Of a stretch of 64,000 bases of DNA, positions 33,579 through 45,704 are shown in pieces. The stretch is from Alphaproteobacteria bacterium (GTDB lineage Bacteria > Pseudomonadota > Alphaproteobacteria > Bin95): positions 807 through 64,806 of the forward strand of contig JAJDYL010000064.1 in assembly GCA_022825195.1 (NCBI GenBank). The letters are read 5' to 3'. The position numbers and the translations under genes are program-made. The notes below the pieces were generated by a model. The model saw nothing but the letters and a program-made list of their open reading frames with translations, was not told the origin of the DNA and searched no databases. The stretch's first letter is position 1; every line of letters starts with the position of its first letter.

Positions 33579-35396
33579 TCAATGCGTCTCGGCCAGGATC
33601 GGATCGCCCGTCGGGATACGGGTTTCGTCCACCATGGCCTGCGTTTCCGCATCCGGCTCCGGCGTCATCAGCGACACCACCACCATGACCACGAGCGAGA
33701 CCGGCATGCCGATCATGCCGAAGCGCAGATGGTCGATCGACCAGAGCTGGGCCCCGCCGCCATACACATGGTAGAGGTAGATGGAGCCTGCCAGGAAGCC
33801 GGCGATCATGCCGGCGATGGCGCCCTCCCGGTTGGCCCTCTTCCACCAGATGCCGAGCACAAGGGGGAAGAACAGCCCCGAGCAGGCGAAGCAGAACGCC
33901 CATGCCACCGCGCCCAGGATACCGGTGAGCTTCAACGAGGCCACCAGGGCCGCCAGCACACCGATGCCGACCAGCAATACGCGGGCCACCACCAGGCGGC
34001 GGCGCGTATCGGCCTGCGGGTCGATGATCTTGTAGTAGAGATCGTGGCTGAGCGCGTTGGCGATCGCCAGCAGCAGCCCGTCGGCGGTGGACATGGCAGC
34101 CGCCATGCCGCCCGCCGCGACCAGGCCGGAGATCACGTAGGGCAGGCCGGCGATCTCGGGCGTGGCCAGCACGACGATGTCGGGCCGCATGAAGAACTCG
34201 TTGAGCTGCACGATGCCGTCGGCGTTCTGGTCCTGAACGGCAAGCATCCCGACATGGGCCCAGTTCTGGATCCACTCCAGCGCCATCACGTCTTCCACCG
34301 CCTTGCCGACCACCGCGGTTGCGAGGTTCGGGTCCAGCAGCTGCAGCTTCGTCAGCGTGGCGAGCGCCGGCGCCGAGAAATACAGCAGGAAGATGAAGAA
34401 CAGCGACCAGCCGACCGACTTGCGCGCCTGGCGCACCGACGGCGTCGTGAAATACCGCATCAGGATGTGCGGCAGCGACGCCGTGCCGGCCATCATGCAG
34501 AGCGCCAGCGTGACGAACTTCCAGCTGTCGAGCGAGGTCTGCGGGTCGAAATGCGCCGTCGTCAGCACCTTCAGCCCCGCCACGGCCTCGGCCGCCGGCT
34601 GCAGTCCGTATTCCGCCTCCAGCTGCTGGATGCGCTGCGCCGCCTCGCCGTAGCCGAAATGCGGGATGATGCCGAAGCCCTGTTCGTTCGACATCCAGAT
34701 CAGCGGCACCAGGTAGGCGATGATGAGCACGATATACTGCGCCACCTGCGTCCAGGTCACGCCGCGCATGCCGCCCAGCATGGAGCAGAGCAGGATGCCC
34801 AGGAGGCCGAACCACACGCCGAACTCGAACGGGATGTCGAGCGCGCGGGCGGCGATCGTGCCGGTGGCGTTGATCTGCGCCGTCACATAGGTGAAGGACG
34901 CCACCACCAGGACGAAGACCGCGCAGAACCGCGCGAGGTTGCCGCCGTAGCGGGTGCCGATGAAGTCGGGCACCGTGTAGCAGCCGAACTTGCGCAGATA
35001 GGGCGCCATCAGCGCGTTGACCAGCACATAGCCGCCGGTCCAGCCGATGACGAAGCCCAGATAGGGGTAACCGCCGAAATAGATGCCGCCGGCGAGCGCC
35101 ACGAAGGAGGCGCCGGACATCCAGTCCGCCGCCGTGGCCATGCCGTTGTAGAGCGACGGGACCTCCCGGCCCGCAACGTAATAGGCGTCCACCTGCATGG
35201 TGCGCGACAGCCAGCCGATGGTGGCGTAGATCGCGAGGGTGAAGAGCAGGAACAGCACGCCGATGGTCCTGGCGCCGACGCCGAACTGCTCGATGATGGC
35301 CATGAGGGCGAAGAAGCCGAGGAAACCCAGCGTGTACAGGCCGTACACCTTCCCCAGCTTGTCGACGAACCTCGTGCCTTGCGCTTGTGCGTTCAT
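33579..35396 (-). CDS. Sodium:solute symporter family cation/acetate symporter (ActP-like)
   Basis: 605 aa, multiple TM helices, ..GGMRGVTWTQVAQY.. SSS signature; paired with DUF4212 small subunit. Confidence 0.85.
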   Translation of the reverse strand: MNAQAQGTRFVDKLGKVYGLYTLGFLGFFALMAIIEQFGVGARTIGVLFLLFTLAIYATIGWLSRTMQVDAYYVAGREVPSLYNGMATAADWMSGASFVALAGGIYFGGYPYLGFVIGWTGGYVLVNALMAPYLRKFGCYTVPDFIGTRYGGNLARFCAVFVLVVASFTYVTAQINATGTIAARALDIPFEFGVWFGLLGILLCSMLGGMRGVTWTQVAQYIVLIIAYLVPLIWMSNEQGFGIIPHFGYGEAAQRIQQLEAEYGLQPAAEAVAGLKVLTTAHFDPQTSLDSWKFVTLALCMMAGTASLPHILMRYFTTPSVRQARKSVGWSLFFIFLLYFSAPALATLTKLQLLDPNLATAVVGKAVEDVMALEWIQNWAHVGMLAVQDQNADGIVQLNEFFMRPDIVVLATPEIAGLPYVISGLVAAGGMAAAMSTADGLLLAIANALSHDLYYKIIDPQADTRRRLVVARVLLVGIGVLAALVASLKLTGILGAVAWAFCFACSGLFFPLVLGIWWKRANREGAIAGMIAGFLAGSIYLYHVYGGGAQLWSIDHLRFGMIGMPVSLVVMVVVSLMTPEPDAETQAMVDETRIPTGDPILAETH

Positions 35397-35408
35397 GAGC
35401 CGCCCCCC

Positions 35409-35672
35409 TTATTCCTCAGCCACTCCGTGCTCCTCGTCGATGTTGTCCTGGAAGATGTTCTGGACAACGATCAGCAGCACGAAAATGATCAGCGAGCCCT
35501 GCACGATGAAATAGTAGCCGAGCGGGAATCCGAGGAAGGACGCCGCATCGAGCTCCTTGGCGAACCATGGCACCACGTATCCGAACAGGAACCACAACGC
35601 CAGGATCACATAGGTTAGGGTGGAGGTTTTCCTCCAGTGCGCTTGCCGGGTTTCGGCACTAACTTCCGCCAT
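35409..35672 (-). CDS. DUF4212 small membrane protein (SSS-symporter accessory subunit)
   Basis: 87 aa ..HWRKTSTLTYVILALWFLFGYVVPWFAKELD..FLGFPLGYY..; 12 nt upstream of symporter. Confidence 0.8.
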   Translation of the reverse strand: MAEVSAETRQAHWRKTSTLTYVILALWFLFGYVVPWFAKELDAASFLGFPLGYYFIVQGSLIIFVLLIVVQNIFQDNIDEEHGVAEE

Positions 35673-35804
35673 GCGTCTCTCTCCCCTTCCTTCTCGTTGT
35701 TAGGGCGTGGGCCTCCCCGGCCTTGAGGTTCGACGCTTCGGACTTCGTCCCGGGAACCGGGGATGCCGCACGGATCCTAAATCGCCTATAGTCGAGATTC
35801 TTTC

Positions 35805-36491
35805 GTGTGTGAACCCGAAAAAACGGCCATGTTGCGCAAGAGCGTCCGCGGTCTCGCGACGATTGTGGAGAGATTCCGGCCGCGTTTCGAGCGCCACAGG
35901 CTCGATACGCCGGAGAGGCTCGCCGACTTTCTGCGCACCCGCTCTTCCTATGTCGCGCAGACCTCGCTCTACGGCTATCTGAAGACGCGAATGGGCACGA
36001 GCTACCGCCTTTATTTCGAGGACGACACGTTTTCCGCCTCGATCCGCCAGGCGGCCGTGAAGCTTTTTCTCTCCTGTCTTGCGGACCTGACGGTGTTTGC
36101 GGCGGCCCTTTCCGAGAGGGACGGGACCCTGCCGCCGGGCGGCGCGGCGGCGCTGGCGCAGCGCTGTTTCCGCCTTGCGGCCGAGCGCGGGCTCGCCGAT
36201 GCCGGCGCCGGCCCGGTGCCGGCGGAGGTGCTGGAGCGGTTCGACCTCCGCGTCCGGGCGGCCGACTGGACGGCGGCGGCGGACGGCCGGCATGCGTTCG
36301 CCGGCAGCGAGGCCGACCTGGTGCGTTTCGCGCCGGTCATCGACGAATACAAGGAGCTCGACCGCGAGATCGTGACCAACTCGATCCGCTTCCGCTGGCG
36401 CGACGCGCGGGACCAGCTCCGCCGGCGCCTCGACGCCCCGGCGCTGTCCGGAGCCATGCGGCAGGGCGGTCCCGACGGGGGGAATCGTTAG
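35805..36491 (+). CDS. Hypothetical protein (no family recognised)
   Basis: 228 aa, codon-biased frame, divergent from DUF4212 gene; ..YGYLKTRMGTSYRLYFEDDTFSASIRQAAVKLF.. Confidence 0.5.
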   Translation: MCEPEKTAMLRKSVRGLATIVERFRPRFERHRLDTPERLADFLRTRSSYVAQTSLYGYLKTRMGTSYRLYFEDDTFSASIRQAAVKLFLSCLADLTVFAAALSERDGTLPPGGAAALAQRCFRLAAERGLADAGAGPVPAEVLERFDLRVRAADWTAAADGRHAFAGSEADLVRFAPVIDEYKELDREIVTNSIRFRWRDARDQLRRRLDAPALSGAMRQGGPDGGNR

Positions 36492-37840
36492 CCCGGCCCG
36501 GGGTGCAGTTGCCGGCCGGCGACCCAGCTTGCGCGCACGATGCGGTCGTCGCCCAGGATCATCAGGGCGAGCAACGTGTCGGCAAGCGTTTCGCTGAGCG
36601 CCTCGCGCGCGGCGAGCAGCGGGGTCGCGCGCGGGTCGAGCACGGCGAGGTCGGCGAAGAAGCCGGGCTCCAGCCGCCCGATTTCCCCCTCCATGCCGAG
36701 CGCTTCGGCATTGCCGAACGTCGCCAGGTAGAAGGCGCGCTCGGGCGCAAGGCGCCGCCCCCGGAGCTGCGCGGTGCGGTAGGCGGAACCGAGGGTCGCC
36801 GGCAGCGAATAGCCGGTGCCGCCGCCGATATCGGTGGCGACGGCGAGCCGGGGCGCGCCGGTCCCCCCGTCCGGCGAATAGGGTCCGATGTCGAACAGGC
36901 CCGAGCCCAGAAAGGCGTTCGAGGTCGGGCAGTGGACCACCGCCGACCCGGCTTCGCCCAGCCGCCCGCGCTCCCGCGCCGAGAGATGCACGCCATGCGC
37001 GAAGAGGCTTGCGGGTCCGAGCAGGCCGAAGCGGTCATAGACATCGGTATAGTCGGCGCAGTCCGGGAACAGCCGGACCACCTCGGCGATTTCCTCCTCC
37101 GTCTCGGACAGGTGCGTCTGCATCAGCGCGTCCGGGTAGCTCTTCAGGAACTCGCCGGCGGCGGCGAGCTGCGCCGCCCCCGACGTCACCGCGAAGCGCG
37201 GCGAGAGCGCATAGCGGAGCCGCCCCCGGCCGTGCCAGCGGGCATAGAGGCGCTCGCTCGCGCGGAGTCCGGTTTCGGCGCTGTCGCGGAGCGCGGCGGG
37301 CGCATTGCGGTCCATCAGGGTCTTGCCGGCGGCGACCGCCATGCCGCGCCGTTCCGCGGCGGCGAAGAGCCGGTCGGCGGCCTCCTCGTGGACGGTGGAG
37401 AAGACCAGCGCGGCGGTGGTGCCGTGGGCCAGCAGCAGGTCGAGGAACATCTCCGCCGCGGCCGCGGCGTGGTCCCCGTCCGCATAGCGCTGCTCTTCCG
37501 GGAAGGCGAAGCGGTCGAGCCAGTCGAGGAGGCCGCGGCCGCCTGCGGCGAGGATCCGGTACTGGGGGAAATGGATATGCGGATCGACGAACCCCGGCAG
37601 GACCAGGCAGCGGCCATAGTCCCGCTGCGGGGCGTCCCCGAATTCCGCCGGCAGGCCGGCCGCAGCGCCCCGCCAGACGATGCGGCCCTCCTTCAGCGCG
37701 AGCGCGCCGCCGGGCAGGTCGCGGACGGCGGCGGCGCCGAACGCCGCGGGATCGCCGGCAAAGTCGATCAGGCGGCCCAGAACGACGCAGTCCGCGCCGT
37801 TCCGGGCAGGCGGTCCGCTACTGGGGCAGCTTGTCGTCAA
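36488..37840 (-). CDS. guaD: Guanine deaminase (amidohydrolase superfamily)
   Basis: ..PGFVDPHIHFPQY.., ..QTHLSETEEEI.., ..HCPTSN..; start uncertain (23-nt overlap with upstream SBP stop). Confidence 0.75.
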   Translation of the reverse strand: MTTSCPSSGPPARNGADCVVLGRLIDFAGDPAAFGAAAVRDLPGGALALKEGRIVWRGAAAGLPAEFGDAPQRDYGRCLVLPGFVDPHIHFPQYRILAAGGRGLLDWLDRFAFPEEQRYADGDHAAAAAEMFLDLLLAHGTTAALVFSTVHEEAADRLFAAAERRGMAVAAGKTLMDRNAPAALRDSAETGLRASERLYARWHGRGRLRYALSPRFAVTSGAAQLAAAGEFLKSYPDALMQTHLSETEEEIAEVVRLFPDCADYTDVYDRFGLLGPASLFAHGVHLSARERGRLGEAGSAVVHCPTSNAFLGSGLFDIGPYSPDGGTGAPRLAVATDIGGGTGYSLPATLGSAYRTAQLRGRRLAPERAFYLATFGNAEALGMEGEIGRLEPGFFADLAVLDPRATPLLAAREALSETLADTLLALMILGDDRIVRASWVAGRQLHPGPG

Positions 37841-38882
37841 CGCCCTTCACATACCAGTCCATGCCGAGCAGCATGCCGTCGTCGGCCCGCTCGCCTTCCG
37901 CGACCCGGAGCGTGCCCTCCTGGTCGTGGATCGGGCCGGTGAAGGGATGGAACTCGCCCGAGCGGATCTTCGCCTCCATCGCGGCGGCGTCCGCGGCGAC
38001 ATCCTCCGGCAGGTCGGTATAGGGGGCCATCACCACCATGTCCTCGGCGAAGCCGCCCCAGACATCGCCCGACTTCCACGTGCCGTCGAGCACGGCCTGC
38101 ACGCGGGAGATGTAGTAGGCGCTCCAGTCGTCGATGATCGCGGTGTAGTGGGCGGCCGGCGCGAAGGCGTCCATGTCGGAGGCCTGGCCGAAGCCGTGGA
38201 CGCCGCGCTCGCCGGCGATCTGGACCGGCGCCGGGCTGTCGGTGTGCTGGGTCATGATATCGGCGCCCTGGTCGATCAGCGCCTTGGCGGCGTCGGCCTC
38301 CTTGCCGGGATCGAACCAGGTGTTCACCCAGACGATCTTCAGCTTGAAGTCCGGATTGACGGACTGGGCGCCCAGCAGGAAGGAGTTGATGCCCCGCACG
38401 ACCTCGGGGATCGGGAAGGAGGCGACATAGCCCGCAACGCCCGATTTCGACATCTTCGCCGCGATCTGGCCGATGATGTAGCGGCCCTCGTAGAAGCGCG
38501 CGGAATAGGTAGCCACATTGTCCGCCCGCTTGTAGCCGGTCGCGTGCTCGAACTTCACGTCCGGAAAGCGCTTGGCGACCTTCACCGTCGGGTTCATGAA
38601 GCCGAAGGAGGTGGTGAAGACGATGTCCGCCCCCTCGCGCGCGAACCGCTCGATGGCGCGCTCGGCGTCGGGGCCTTCGGCCACGTTCTCGACATAGAGG
38701 GTCTCGACCCTGTCGCCGAAGGCCTCCTCGATGGCGAGTCGGCCCTGGTCGTGCTGGTAGGTCCAGCCGTGGTCGCCGATCGGGCCGACATAGACGAACG
38801 CCGCCTTGACGGGGTCGTCGGCCCGGGCGGCCGGAAGCGCCAGCGCCATGGCGAAAGCGGCGAGGATGGTAGCTCTCAACAT
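37818..38882 (-). CDS. BMP-family (PnrA-like) ABC transporter substrate-binding protein, purine/nucleoside type
   Basis: MLRATILAAFAMALALPAARA signal; ..FVYVGPIGDHGWTYQHD..; internal ATG at 38882. Confidence 0.85.
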   Translation of the reverse strand: MLRATILAAFAMALALPAARADDPVKAAFVYVGPIGDHGWTYQHDQGRLAIEEAFGDRVETLYVENVAEGPDAERAIERFAREGADIVFTTSFGFMNPTVKVAKRFPDVKFEHATGYKRADNVATYSARFYEGRYIIGQIAAKMSKSGVAGYVASFPIPEVVRGINSFLLGAQSVNPDFKLKIVWVNTWFDPGKEADAAKALIDQGADIMTQHTDSPAPVQIAGERGVHGFGQASDMDAFAPAAHYTAIIDDWSAYYISRVQAVLDGTWKSGDVWGGFAEDMVVMAPYTDLPEDVAADAAAMEAKIRSGEFHPFTGPIHDQEGTLRVAEGERADDGMLLGMDWYVKGVDDKLPQ

Positions 38883-38953
38883 TCCCTGTTCTCCAACTGG
38901 GCCCGCGGGCCGCGTTTCCGTTTCCGGCCGGGAGCGCCCGAGGGCGTCTGCCC

Positions 38954-39874
38954 CTACCGGTCGGGGACGAAGACCTGTCCGAGACATGCCGGCGAGTCGT
39001 TTCTCGCCCTCCATCGGTCGCGCGAGAGTATCACCAGGGCCGCGACCGTCGCAATATAGGGAAGCGCCGAAAGGAACTGCGGCGGCACCGGGATGCCCTC
39101 TGCCTGGGCATGGAATTGCAGGATGAGCGCGCCGCCGAAGAGATAGGCGCCGACGGCGGCGCGCAGCGGCATCCAGCTCGCGAACACGACGAGCGCAAGC
39201 GCGATCCAGCCGCGCCCCGCGGTCATCCCCTCGACCCATTGCGGCGTATAGGCCAGCGACAGGTAGCCGCCCGCCAGCCCGGAACAGGCGCCGCCGAAGA
39301 GCACCGCCAGGAAGCGCGTCCGGATGACGTGCACGCCCAGCATGTGGGCGGAGCCGTGATTGTTGCCGACGGCGCGGAGCGCGAGCCCGGCGCGGGTGCG
39401 GAAGAGGAAGCGCGAGACGCAGACCGCGAGCGCCACCGACGCATAGACGAGCGGGTCCTGCCCGAACAGGACCTGGCCGACGACCGGCAGGTCGGTCAGG
39501 AACGGGATGTGGATGCGCTCCAGCTTCAGGCCCGGCTGGCCGATGAAGGCTTCCCCGATCATGCCGGAGAGGCCGAGCCCCAGCAGCGTGAGCGCAAGCC
39601 CGGAGGCGACCTGGTTGGCGGCGAGCCGCAGCACCAGGAACCCGAACAGGCCGGCGAGCGCCATGCCGCCGATCATGGAGGCGACGACGCCCAGATAGGG
39701 CGAGCCGGTGAGCTGGGCGCCTGCGAAGCCCGTCACCGCGCCCACGATCATCATGCCCTCGACGCCCAGATTGAGGACGCCGGAGCGCTCCGTCACGAGT
39801 TCGCCGAGCGCCGCGATCAGCAGCGGCGTCGCGGCCGTCACGATGGTGAGGATGACGGCCTCGAACCCGGTCAC
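38954..39874 (-). CDS. ABC transporter permease (BMP/ribose-type)
   Basis: 306 aa polytopic membrane protein; start overlaps upstream permease stop (ATGA). Confidence 0.85.
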   Translation of the reverse strand: MTGFEAVILTIVTAATPLLIAALGELVTERSGVLNLGVEGMMIVGAVTGFAGAQLTGSPYLGVVASMIGGMALAGLFGFLVLRLAANQVASGLALTLLGLGLSGMIGEAFIGQPGLKLERIHIPFLTDLPVVGQVLFGQDPLVYASVALAVCVSRFLFRTRAGLALRAVGNNHGSAHMLGVHVIRTRFLAVLFGGACSGLAGGYLSLAYTPQWVEGMTAGRGWIALALVVFASWMPLRAAVGAYLFGGALILQFHAQAEGIPVPPQFLSALPYIATVAALVILSRDRWRARNDSPACLGQVFVPDR

Positions 39875-40959
39875 GGCGCGTCCTCCGCGCGCGCCGCCGC
39901 GCGCCGCGCGGGCAGGAAGTGGAGGCGGTAGCGGATGAAGACGTCGCAGGCCAGCACGAAGATCAGGATCGCCCCCTGGAACACCCGCGCGATCTTGTCG
40001 GAGATGCCGAGCGCGACCTGCGCCGACTCGCCGCCGATATAGGTGAGCGCCAGAAGCAGCGAGGCGAACACCACGCCCACCGGGTTCAGCCGCCCGAGGA
40101 AGGCGGCGATGATCGCCGTGAAGCCGTAGCCGGGCGAGATGGAGGGGTGGAGCTGCCCGATGGTGCCGGATACCTCCGCTATGCCCGCAAGGCCGGCGAG
40201 GCCGCCGGAGATCGTGAGCGCGGCCATGATCGACCCGCGTTCGGAAAAACCGGCGAAGGCGCCCGCCCGCGGCGCCGCGCCGATCACCCGGAACTCGAAG
40301 CCCTTGAGCGTGCGCCCGAGCAGGATGGCGAGCGCGGCGACGGCGAGCAGGGCGATCACCGTGCCGAAATGCATCCGCCCGGCCAACGCCGGTATCACCG
40401 CATCGGCCTCGAAGAGGCGCGATTCAGGGAAATTGTATCCCTCGGGGTCCCGCCACGGGCCGCGCACCAGCCAGTCCAGCAGGAGCTGGGCGACATAGAC
40501 CAGCATCAGCGAGGTCAGGATTTCGCTGGAGCCGAAGCGGACGCGGAAGAAGGCGGGTATGGCCGCCCAGGCCATGCCGCCCAGCACGCCGCAGACGAGC
40601 ACGGCCGGCAGCAGCAGCGGCCCCTGCACTTCCGGCAGCATGACCGGCAGGATCGACCCGCACACGGCGCCGACCGTGTATTGCCCCTCCGCGCCGATGT
40701 TCCAGACATTGGTGCGGAAGGCGAGCGCGAGCCCGACGCCGATGAGCGCAAGCGGCGTCGCCTTGACGACGATTTCCTCGAGCGACCAGGCGTCGGTGAG
40801 GGGCTTGACGAAATAGACGTAGAGCGCCCGGAGCGGGTCGTGCCCCAGCGCCGCGAACAGGACGGCGCCGAAGACGAAGGTGAGGGCAAGCGCCAGCAGC
40901 GGCGAGAGCCAGACCATCAGGCGCGAATCCTCCGTCCGCTGGCGGAGTTCGATCCGCAT
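39871..40959 (-). CDS. ABC transporter permease (BMP/ribose-type)
   Basis: MRIELRQRTEDSRLMVWLSPLLALALTF.. 362 aa; internal ATG at 40959; track N-terminal extension is shadow. Confidence 0.85.
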   Translation of the reverse strand: MRIELRQRTEDSRLMVWLSPLLALALTFVFGAVLFAALGHDPLRALYVYFVKPLTDAWSLEEIVVKATPLALIGVGLALAFRTNVWNIGAEGQYTVGAVCGSILPVMLPEVQGPLLLPAVLVCGVLGGMAWAAIPAFFRVRFGSSEILTSLMLVYVAQLLLDWLVRGPWRDPEGYNFPESRLFEADAVIPALAGRMHFGTVIALLAVAALAILLGRTLKGFEFRVIGAAPRAGAFAGFSERGSIMAALTISGGLAGLAGIAEVSGTIGQLHPSISPGYGFTAIIAAFLGRLNPVGVVFASLLLALTYIGGESAQVALGISDKIARVFQGAILIFVLACDVFIRYRLHFLPARRAAARAEDAP

Positions 40960-40964
40960 GGCCG

Positions 40965-42485
<1,521 letters not shown>

Positions 42486-42625
42486 GTGCGCAGCTTCCCC
42501 AGGCAAGGTTCGTTGGACGCTAGGCCGCGCCATGCGGAGCGTCAATGCGGAATCGGGGCCAGAAAAGGGACGGGCGCGCGGCCCGGACAGCCGCACGCCC
42601 GCCGGTTCCGGCCGGCCTCCCGCCG

Positions 42626-43969
42626 CTAGAAGAGCGGCGAGGAGCCCCTGCCGAACTCCGGATAGGCTTCCATGCCGAGCTCGGTCTTGTCGAGGCCGTC
42701 ATCCTCGGTTTCCTCGGAGGCCCGGATGCCGACAAGCAGCTTCAGCGCGAACCATGCCGCCAGCGAGACGACGAAGACGAAGACGCCGATGGCCAGCACG
42801 CCGATGAGCTGCACGGTGAAGTCGCCGCCGCCGAAGATGCCGACCGCGAGCGTGCCCCAGATGCCGGCGACCAGGTGCGCCGAGATGGCGCCCACCACGT
42901 CGTCGATCTTCAGCCGGTCGAGCAGCGGCACCGCATAGACCACCAGCACGCCGCCGATGCCGCCGATGACGAGCGCCAGCACATGGTTCTGGAGGTCGGG
43001 GCCGGCGGTGATCGAGACGAGGCCGGCAATCGCGCCGTTCAGCGCCAGCGTGAGGTCGATCTTGCGGTACATGGCGTAGCTCGTCGCCATGGCCGCCACG
43101 ACGCCCGCCGCGGCGGCGAGGTTCGTGTTCACATAGACGATCGAGATCGCCACCGCGTCGAGCGCGGAGCCGAGCGCGAGCTGCGAGCCGCCGTTGAAGC
43201 CGAACCAGCCGAACCAGAGGATGAAGGTGCCGAGCGTCGCCAGCGGCAGGTTGGCGCCCGGCATCGGGTTGATGCTGCCGTCCGGTCCGTATTTGCCCTT
43301 GCGCGCGCCCAGAACGATGGCGCCGGCGAGCGCCGCCCAGCCGCCGGTGGAATGCACCAGCGTCGAGCCGGCGAAATCGCTGAAGCCCATCTCGGCCAGC
43401 CAGCCGCCGCCCCAGACCCAGGACGCCTGGATCGGGTAGATCAGCGCCGAGAGCAGGACGGTGAACGCCAGGAAGGGAACTATGCGGATACGCTCGGCCA
43501 GGGTGCCGGAGACGATGGAGGCGGCCGTGGCCACGAACACCATCTGGAAGAACCAGTCGGACATGACCGAATAGCCGCCTTCGACCACGGCGGCGACCTG
43601 TTCGGGCGTGGCTTCCTCGGCGTTGAGGAGCGCGAGCTCGGCGTCGGAGGGGTTGTAGAGGAAGTCGAACGTGCCGATCCAGCCGCCGTTCACGTCCGTG
43701 TACATCACGGCATAGCCGACGATGTAGAACATGATCCCGGCCAGCGAGTAGAGCGCGATGTTCTTCAGGCAGATCGCCGCGGTGTTCTTGGTCCTGACCA
43801 GGCCCGATTCCAGCATGGCGAAGCCGGCGGCCATCAGCATCACCAGGAAGCCGTGCACCAGGAACGAGAAGGTGTTGAAGACGAAGGCGAGTTCGCCCTC
43901 GACCGCTGCGTGGGCGGGCGAGGCCGCCAGCAGGAGAAGGGCCGCGAGGCCCGGTATGGCGCGAAGCAT
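42626..43969 (-). CDS. amtB: Ammonium transporter
   Basis: 447 aa, signal peptide, ..FGFNGGS.. Amt signature, about 11 TM helices. Confidence 0.9.
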   Translation of the reverse strand: MLRAIPGLAALLLLAASPAHAAVEGELAFVFNTFSFLVHGFLVMLMAAGFAMLESGLVRTKNTAAICLKNIALYSLAGIMFYIVGYAVMYTDVNGGWIGTFDFLYNPSDAELALLNAEEATPEQVAAVVEGGYSVMSDWFFQMVFVATAASIVSGTLAERIRIVPFLAFTVLLSALIYPIQASWVWGGGWLAEMGFSDFAGSTLVHSTGGWAALAGAIVLGARKGKYGPDGSINPMPGANLPLATLGTFILWFGWFGFNGGSQLALGSALDAVAISIVYVNTNLAAAAGVVAAMATSYAMYRKIDLTLALNGAIAGLVSITAGPDLQNHVLALVIGGIGGVLVVYAVPLLDRLKIDDVVGAISAHLVAGIWGTLAVGIFGGGDFTVQLIGVLAIGVFVFVVSLAAWFALKLLVGIRASEETEDDGLDKTELGMEAYPEFGRGSSPLF

Positions 43970-43987
43970 GTCGTTATATCCTCTTCG

Positions 43988-44419
<432 letters not shown>

Positions 44420-44449
44420 TTATTTTGAAAGGCTGTGAGAGGTGGCGCA

Positions 44450-44467
44450 GATAATTGCCCAATTATC
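44450..44467. promoter_or_regulatory. Perfect 18-bp AT-rich palindrome GATAATTGccCAATTATC upstream of glnK promoter
   Basis: 8-bp inverted arms, 2-nt spacer; about 125 nt upstream of glnK start; candidate regulator/IHF-type site. Confidence 0.3.
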
Positions 44468-44715
44468 AGGCGTAACCTCGATGGCGGGACCGATGCGATT
44501 AATTTATAGGCATTCAGGTGCAGTCACTGCCACAATTCGTAATCCGGTCGAGAGGGCGCGCAGGGTGCCCGCCTTGGAGCGAGAGTCCGGGGTGACAGTT
44601 CGGGGCAAGGCGGGGGACGGAGCACGGCGTGGCCGGGCGAGCCGGCGCACCGGATACGAGTCGAAATGAGATGTGCAAATCCGATGGGGGGCCGGGGCGC
44701 GGCGCCGAACGGCAG

Positions 44716-45201
44716 TCAGTGCAGGCGGCGGGGCAGGCTCTCCACCGATTCGGCCACCAGCGCGTCGGCGCGGGGCTTGTCCAGATGGCGCTCGATCAGG
44801 GTCCGGGCCGCCGCGGCCGAGAGCCGGACGGCATGGGCGCGCACCTCGGCGAGCGCCTCCTGCTCGGCCTGGGCGATCTTGGCGAGCGCCTGCTGTTCGC
44901 GGCGCCCGAGCGCCTCTTCGAGCGCGCGCCCGGCCTCTTCGGCGATGCGCGCCGCCTCCTCGCGCGCGTGGGCGAGCACGGCCGCGGCTTCGGCTTCCGC
45001 GCCCTCCTGCTTCCTCCGGTAGTCCGCGAGCAGGGCCTGGGCTTCCTCGCGGAGCGCCGCCGCGTCGTCCAGCGACGCCCTGATTCCCGCCGCCCTGTCG
45101 TCGAGCGCCCCGGTCGCCATCCGCCAGACCGCGCGCGCGACGGCGGCGATGAAGATCACGAAGCCGACCGCGGTCCAGAATGTGGGATCGGAGAACATCA
45201 C
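44716..45201 (-). CDS. atpF: F0F1 ATP synthase subunit b
   Basis: 161 aa, N-terminal TM helix then Ala/Glu/Arg-rich coiled coil; last gene of F0 operon. Confidence 0.8.
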   Translation of the reverse strand: MMFSDPTFWTAVGFVIFIAAVARAVWRMATGALDDRAAGIRASLDDAAALREEAQALLADYRRKQEGAEAEAAAVLAHAREEAARIAEEAGRALEEALGRREQQALAKIAQAEQEALAEVRAHAVRLSAAAARTLIERHLDKPRADALVAESVESLPRRLH

Positions 45202-45683
45202 GCGCCCGCCTGCCGGGCCGCATTGGCGGCCTCGTCCGCATCCACCTCGACGCCGATCAGCCTGGCCGTCATGGCCTGCGCGACTTCCCCCGCCGCCGCC
45301 TCGATCCCGGCCAGCGCTTGCCTGCGCGCCTCGGCGATCCGGGCTTCGGCGGCTTCGGCGTCACCGGCAATCCGTTCGCCGAGCGCCGCATGGCGGGCCG
45401 CCGCCTCGGCCGCGGCCGCTTCCTGCTGCTCGCGCAGCAGGCGGCGCGCCTCGGCGCGCGCATCCGCCTGCGCCTGCTCATAGGCGCGCAGCACGCCTTC
45501 GGCCTCGTCCCTGAGCGCCGCGGCCCGGGCGAGATCGTCGTCGATGCGCTTCTGCCGCGCCTCCAGAATGCCCTGCACGCGCGGCAGGGCGACCCTGAGC
45601 ATCACGCCCAGCAGAACGGCGAACACCACCACCAGCCAGAAGATCTGGCTCGCATAAGTCGAGATTTGCTCCAGTTGCGGCAT
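45198..45683 (-). CDS. atpF2: F0F1 ATP synthase subunit b'
   Basis: 161 aa, MPQLEQISTYASQIFWLVVVFAVLLGVML.. TM + coiled coil; overlaps atpF start. Confidence 0.8.
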   Translation of the reverse strand: MPQLEQISTYASQIFWLVVVFAVLLGVMLRVALPRVQGILEARQKRIDDDLARAAALRDEAEGVLRAYEQAQADARAEARRLLREQQEAAAAEAAARHAALGERIAGDAEAAEARIAEARRQALAGIEAAAGEVAQAMTARLIGVEVDADEAANAARQAGA

Positions 45684-45704
45684 GGCGGGCGCGGAGTCGC
45701 GGCC

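Noticed and set aside
33582-35618. 678-aa plus-strand ORF over the SSS symporter/DUF4212 genes
   Set aside because: Antisense shadow; His/Arg/Asp-rich nonsense
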